In this document: positions 52,170 through 54,304 of the stretch, piece by piece
Position numbering within the stretch: position 1 is the first letter of the stretch
How the letters are laid out: every line of letters starts with the position of its first letter
NCBI GenBank assembly: GCA_044356325.1
Contig: JBIKWJ010000001.1
Span: 1-54,304, forward strand
Length of the DNA stretch: 54,304 nucleotides
Origin: Minisyncoccia bacterium
Lineage (GTDB): Bacteria > Patescibacteriota > Minisyncoccia > SW-4-49-11
Direction of reading: 5' to 3'
Notes under the pieces: generated by a model
Databases searched by the model: none
What the model saw: the letters and a program-made list of their open reading frames with translations, nothing else
What the model was told of the DNA's origin: nothing
Made by a program: the position numbers and the translations under genes

Positions 52170-52604
52170 CTACTTATTTTTGATTCTCAGCCACCGATCC
52201 CTGATTTTATTATATAGATCTTGTATGTCTTCAGAGAATACGCTCGCTGAGCATACGAAGATATAGAAATAGATGATACTCAGATATCGGTGAGTATAGA
52301 GAGTTATGCTCATCTCTTGATAACCAATTTTCTCAAAGAGAATTGACATTAGCCGAAGCATAATCGGTAGAGATAGCCAAAAACTCAATATCCAAAAACC
52401 TATGAGAGAATTTCTCCATAATAGTTGAGTACGTATTCCACGTACAGGTTTTATGATATTTGCATAGTAGCCAGATATATACCATGCATAGAGAGCCAGT
52501 GGGGAGGCAGGAATTCCTACCCCAAAGGCAACGGTATCCCAGCCTGCCAATAGGCAGTATAGTGCTGAGAAGACAGCACCCAAAAGCATGAAGATGAATT
52601 CCAT
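52170..52604 (-). CDS. Hypothetical multi-TM protein (cassette 9)
   Basis: Promoter GTTAT-N6-TTGACA-N17-TAATTT at 52673-52634; hairpin at about 52108-52143. Confidence 0.7.
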   Translation of the reverse strand: MEFIFMLLGAVFSALYCLLAGWDTVAFGVGIPASPLALYAWYISGYYANIIKPVRGIRTQLLWRNSLIGFWILSFWLSLPIMLRLMSILFEKIGYQEMSITLYTHRYLSIIYFYIFVCSASVFSEDIQDLYNKIRDRWLRIKNK

Positions 52605-52719
52605 GTTAAAAATGTGCGATTGTGAACTAGATCAAATTAGCATATAGAGTATGTTTTGTCAATATTACATAACTTCTTTACTAGAATTTTTTCTTGACTA
52701 GCTTTCAAGCTAGTACTTC

Positions 52720-53766
52720 TTATTTCCCCATAACTATTTGTGCCAATTTAATCATTGTCCTAAATGAAATATCAGGAGATGCAACTTGATTTACTGTTCC
52801 AACTATAAACATATCTTCTTTTGGACTATAATACGCCAATGCACCCGAAAGTCCTGAATGTCCTATAAAATAAGGCATAGTCCCTGTGGGATTAAAAATC
52901 CAAGGAAGTTTAAATAAGTGAATACCTATACCTGATTGCATAGGGAAAAAGATATTATTCCATTCTTGTAAATCATTTATATATTCTTTTGGGAATAATA
53001 CACCCGTAAAAAAGGCTTGAATAAAGACAAGCATATCAGCAGATGTTGATACAACACCCCCATCTGCACCAAATGAAGTCATAGCTTTCGGGATATCAAG
53101 TTCATTCTCTTTATAATATAGTGTTTTCGGTGTCTTATCAGTTGCGTCTGTATATAAGTAAGTATGAGATAATTTGAGAGGCTTGATTATCAGCTCATCG
53201 CAATTAGTAGCATAGGATTTATTCGTAATAAGTTCAATAATTTTACCCAGCAATTGAAAATTAGCATCAGAATAATTAGCTTTATTTTTTGTCCCTGGAA
53301 TAAAAAGTGGTGGCATTGCTTTTGTTCTTTCAATAGCTTGCTCAAAAGTCCAAAATTGGTCATTCCCATTTTTGATATCATCTTCCAAACTTTGCCCCTC
53401 TCTTCCCTTTCCTTGAAAATAATCAGCAAGTCCAGATGTATGGGATAAGAGATGTTTGATAGTGATTTCATCTGAATAGTCCTTCCCTTTATACATATGT
53501 AAACCATTCATAATAGACTTATCTAGATATATACTAATTTTGTCTTCAAGTTTCAACTTCCCCTCTGACTTGAGATATAGGATAATAGCAGTAGTAAATA
53601 ATTTTGTCGTACTCGCAATAAAATAACTTTGATCAACTGAAAGATTACCCGAAGCTCCAAACCAGGTAAAATCTCCCTTTTTTATACCAAATGAAGCCCC
53701 AAATATTTTCTTCCCATCAACAGTTTTATCTAGAATTGCTTGTAATATATGTTCTTTGTCAATCAT
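52720..53766 (-). CDS. Serine hydrolase, beta-lactamase/transpeptidase-like family
   Basis: ASTTK (SxxK), LLSHTSGL, YSD, GHSG. Confidence 0.9.
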   Translation of the reverse strand: MIDKEHILQAILDKTVDGKKIFGASFGIKKGDFTWFGASGNLSVDQSYFIASTTKLFTTAIILYLKSEGKLKLEDKISIYLDKSIMNGLHMYKGKDYSDEITIKHLLSHTSGLADYFQGKGREGQSLEDDIKNGNDQFWTFEQAIERTKAMPPLFIPGTKNKANYSDANFQLLGKIIELITNKSYATNCDELIIKPLKLSHTYLYTDATDKTPKTLYYKENELDIPKAMTSFGADGGVVSTSADMLVFIQAFFTGVLFPKEYINDLQEWNNIFFPMQSGIGIHLFKLPWIFNPTGTMPYFIGHSGLSGALAYYSPKEDMFIVGTVNQVASPDISFRTMIKLAQIVMGK

Positions 53767-53898
53767 ATGTGTATGGGTATTGGGGGTAACTTATTACTAT
53801 AGTAGCATATTGGGTTGTGGGGAGTAAAGCCTTTGTCCTATACTCATTTATACTCCATATATTCAGAGGTTATTTTATGTATTATACTATAGGTTTTA

Positions 53899-54304
53899 TT
53901 ATTTAGATATATTTTGAAAATTTTCATAGCTTCCAATTTTGGCAAAATTTATTTCAAAATTCACATTATCTATCTTATCAATTCTGACAGAATCAATACC
54001 CAAAGTTTGTAATTTGGGGTATGTTAAAAGCTCACCTTCTTTAAGTTTTAATATATCTCTTAATATCCAGCTTCCCAACTCTTTATTAGAATAGGACATA
54101 AGAGCTTTTCTTTTATCTTGACATACTTTTGATTGCATCTTATTCCCATTTGGTAGCTTTAATTCAAAAGATGTGTCTCTATCAGGGAAAAATCCTGGGA
54201 AATTCTTATGAATATAGGCTGGGATTGGGATATAAACTTCATCTAGATGTCTAATTCTTCCTCCTGCATTCCACTGATTTAAGCCACTTTTTGGGAAAAC
54301 TGTT
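53899..54304 (-). CDS. C-terminus of an NgoFVII-family restriction endonuclease (partial)
   Basis: Frame continues to the window edge: SGLNQWNAGGR..EVYIPIP..FFP..KVCQD..KALMS..LGSWIL. Confidence 0.75.
   Translation of the reverse strand, partial: TVFPKSGLNQWNAGGRIRHLDEVYIPIPAYIHKNFPGFFPDRDTSFELKLPNGNKMQSKVCQDKRKALMSYSNKELGSWILRDILKLKEGELLTYPKLQTLGIDSVRIDKIDNVNFEINFAKIGSYENFQNISK

Noticed and set aside
52720-53766. Functional beta-lactamase resistance gene
   Set aside because: Generic serine hydrolase fold, no signal peptide; activity cannot be inferred
1-54304. Alternative genetic code (TGA as Gly)
   Set aside because: Long core genes are intact under code 11 and TGA ends genes at expected positions (914, 18151, 22205)

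Overview
AT-rich bacterial chromosome segment that looks like a CPR/Patescibacteria genome (compact RpoB, CPR-type pilin, membrane-anchored cytochrome b5 proteins; lineage is inferred). The left part (mostly + strand) holds the 3' end of a likely DGR target gene, five tRNAs, rpoB-rpoC, rpmG, fur, secA and iscS, then a perfect 11-6-11 dif-like site and a Xer recombinase where gene orientation flips, suggesting the replication terminus. The right part (mostly - strand) holds truB, HU, rny, a DEAD-box helicase, a type I R-M defence island, dus, an ABC-F/Erm-like pair and assorted accessory genes. The most striking signal is nine dispersed, self-contained promoter-short ORF-terminator cassettes. 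Seven have a GTYAT-N6-TTGAYA promoter and all have a C directly before a plausible ATG. One encodes a protein resembling cyanobacterial NblA (phycobilisome degradation adaptor), suggesting a host-directed gene set. Several nested palindromic repeat families fill the intergenic spaces and also sit in frame inside HsdS and HsdR. All calls are by eye; no searches were run.
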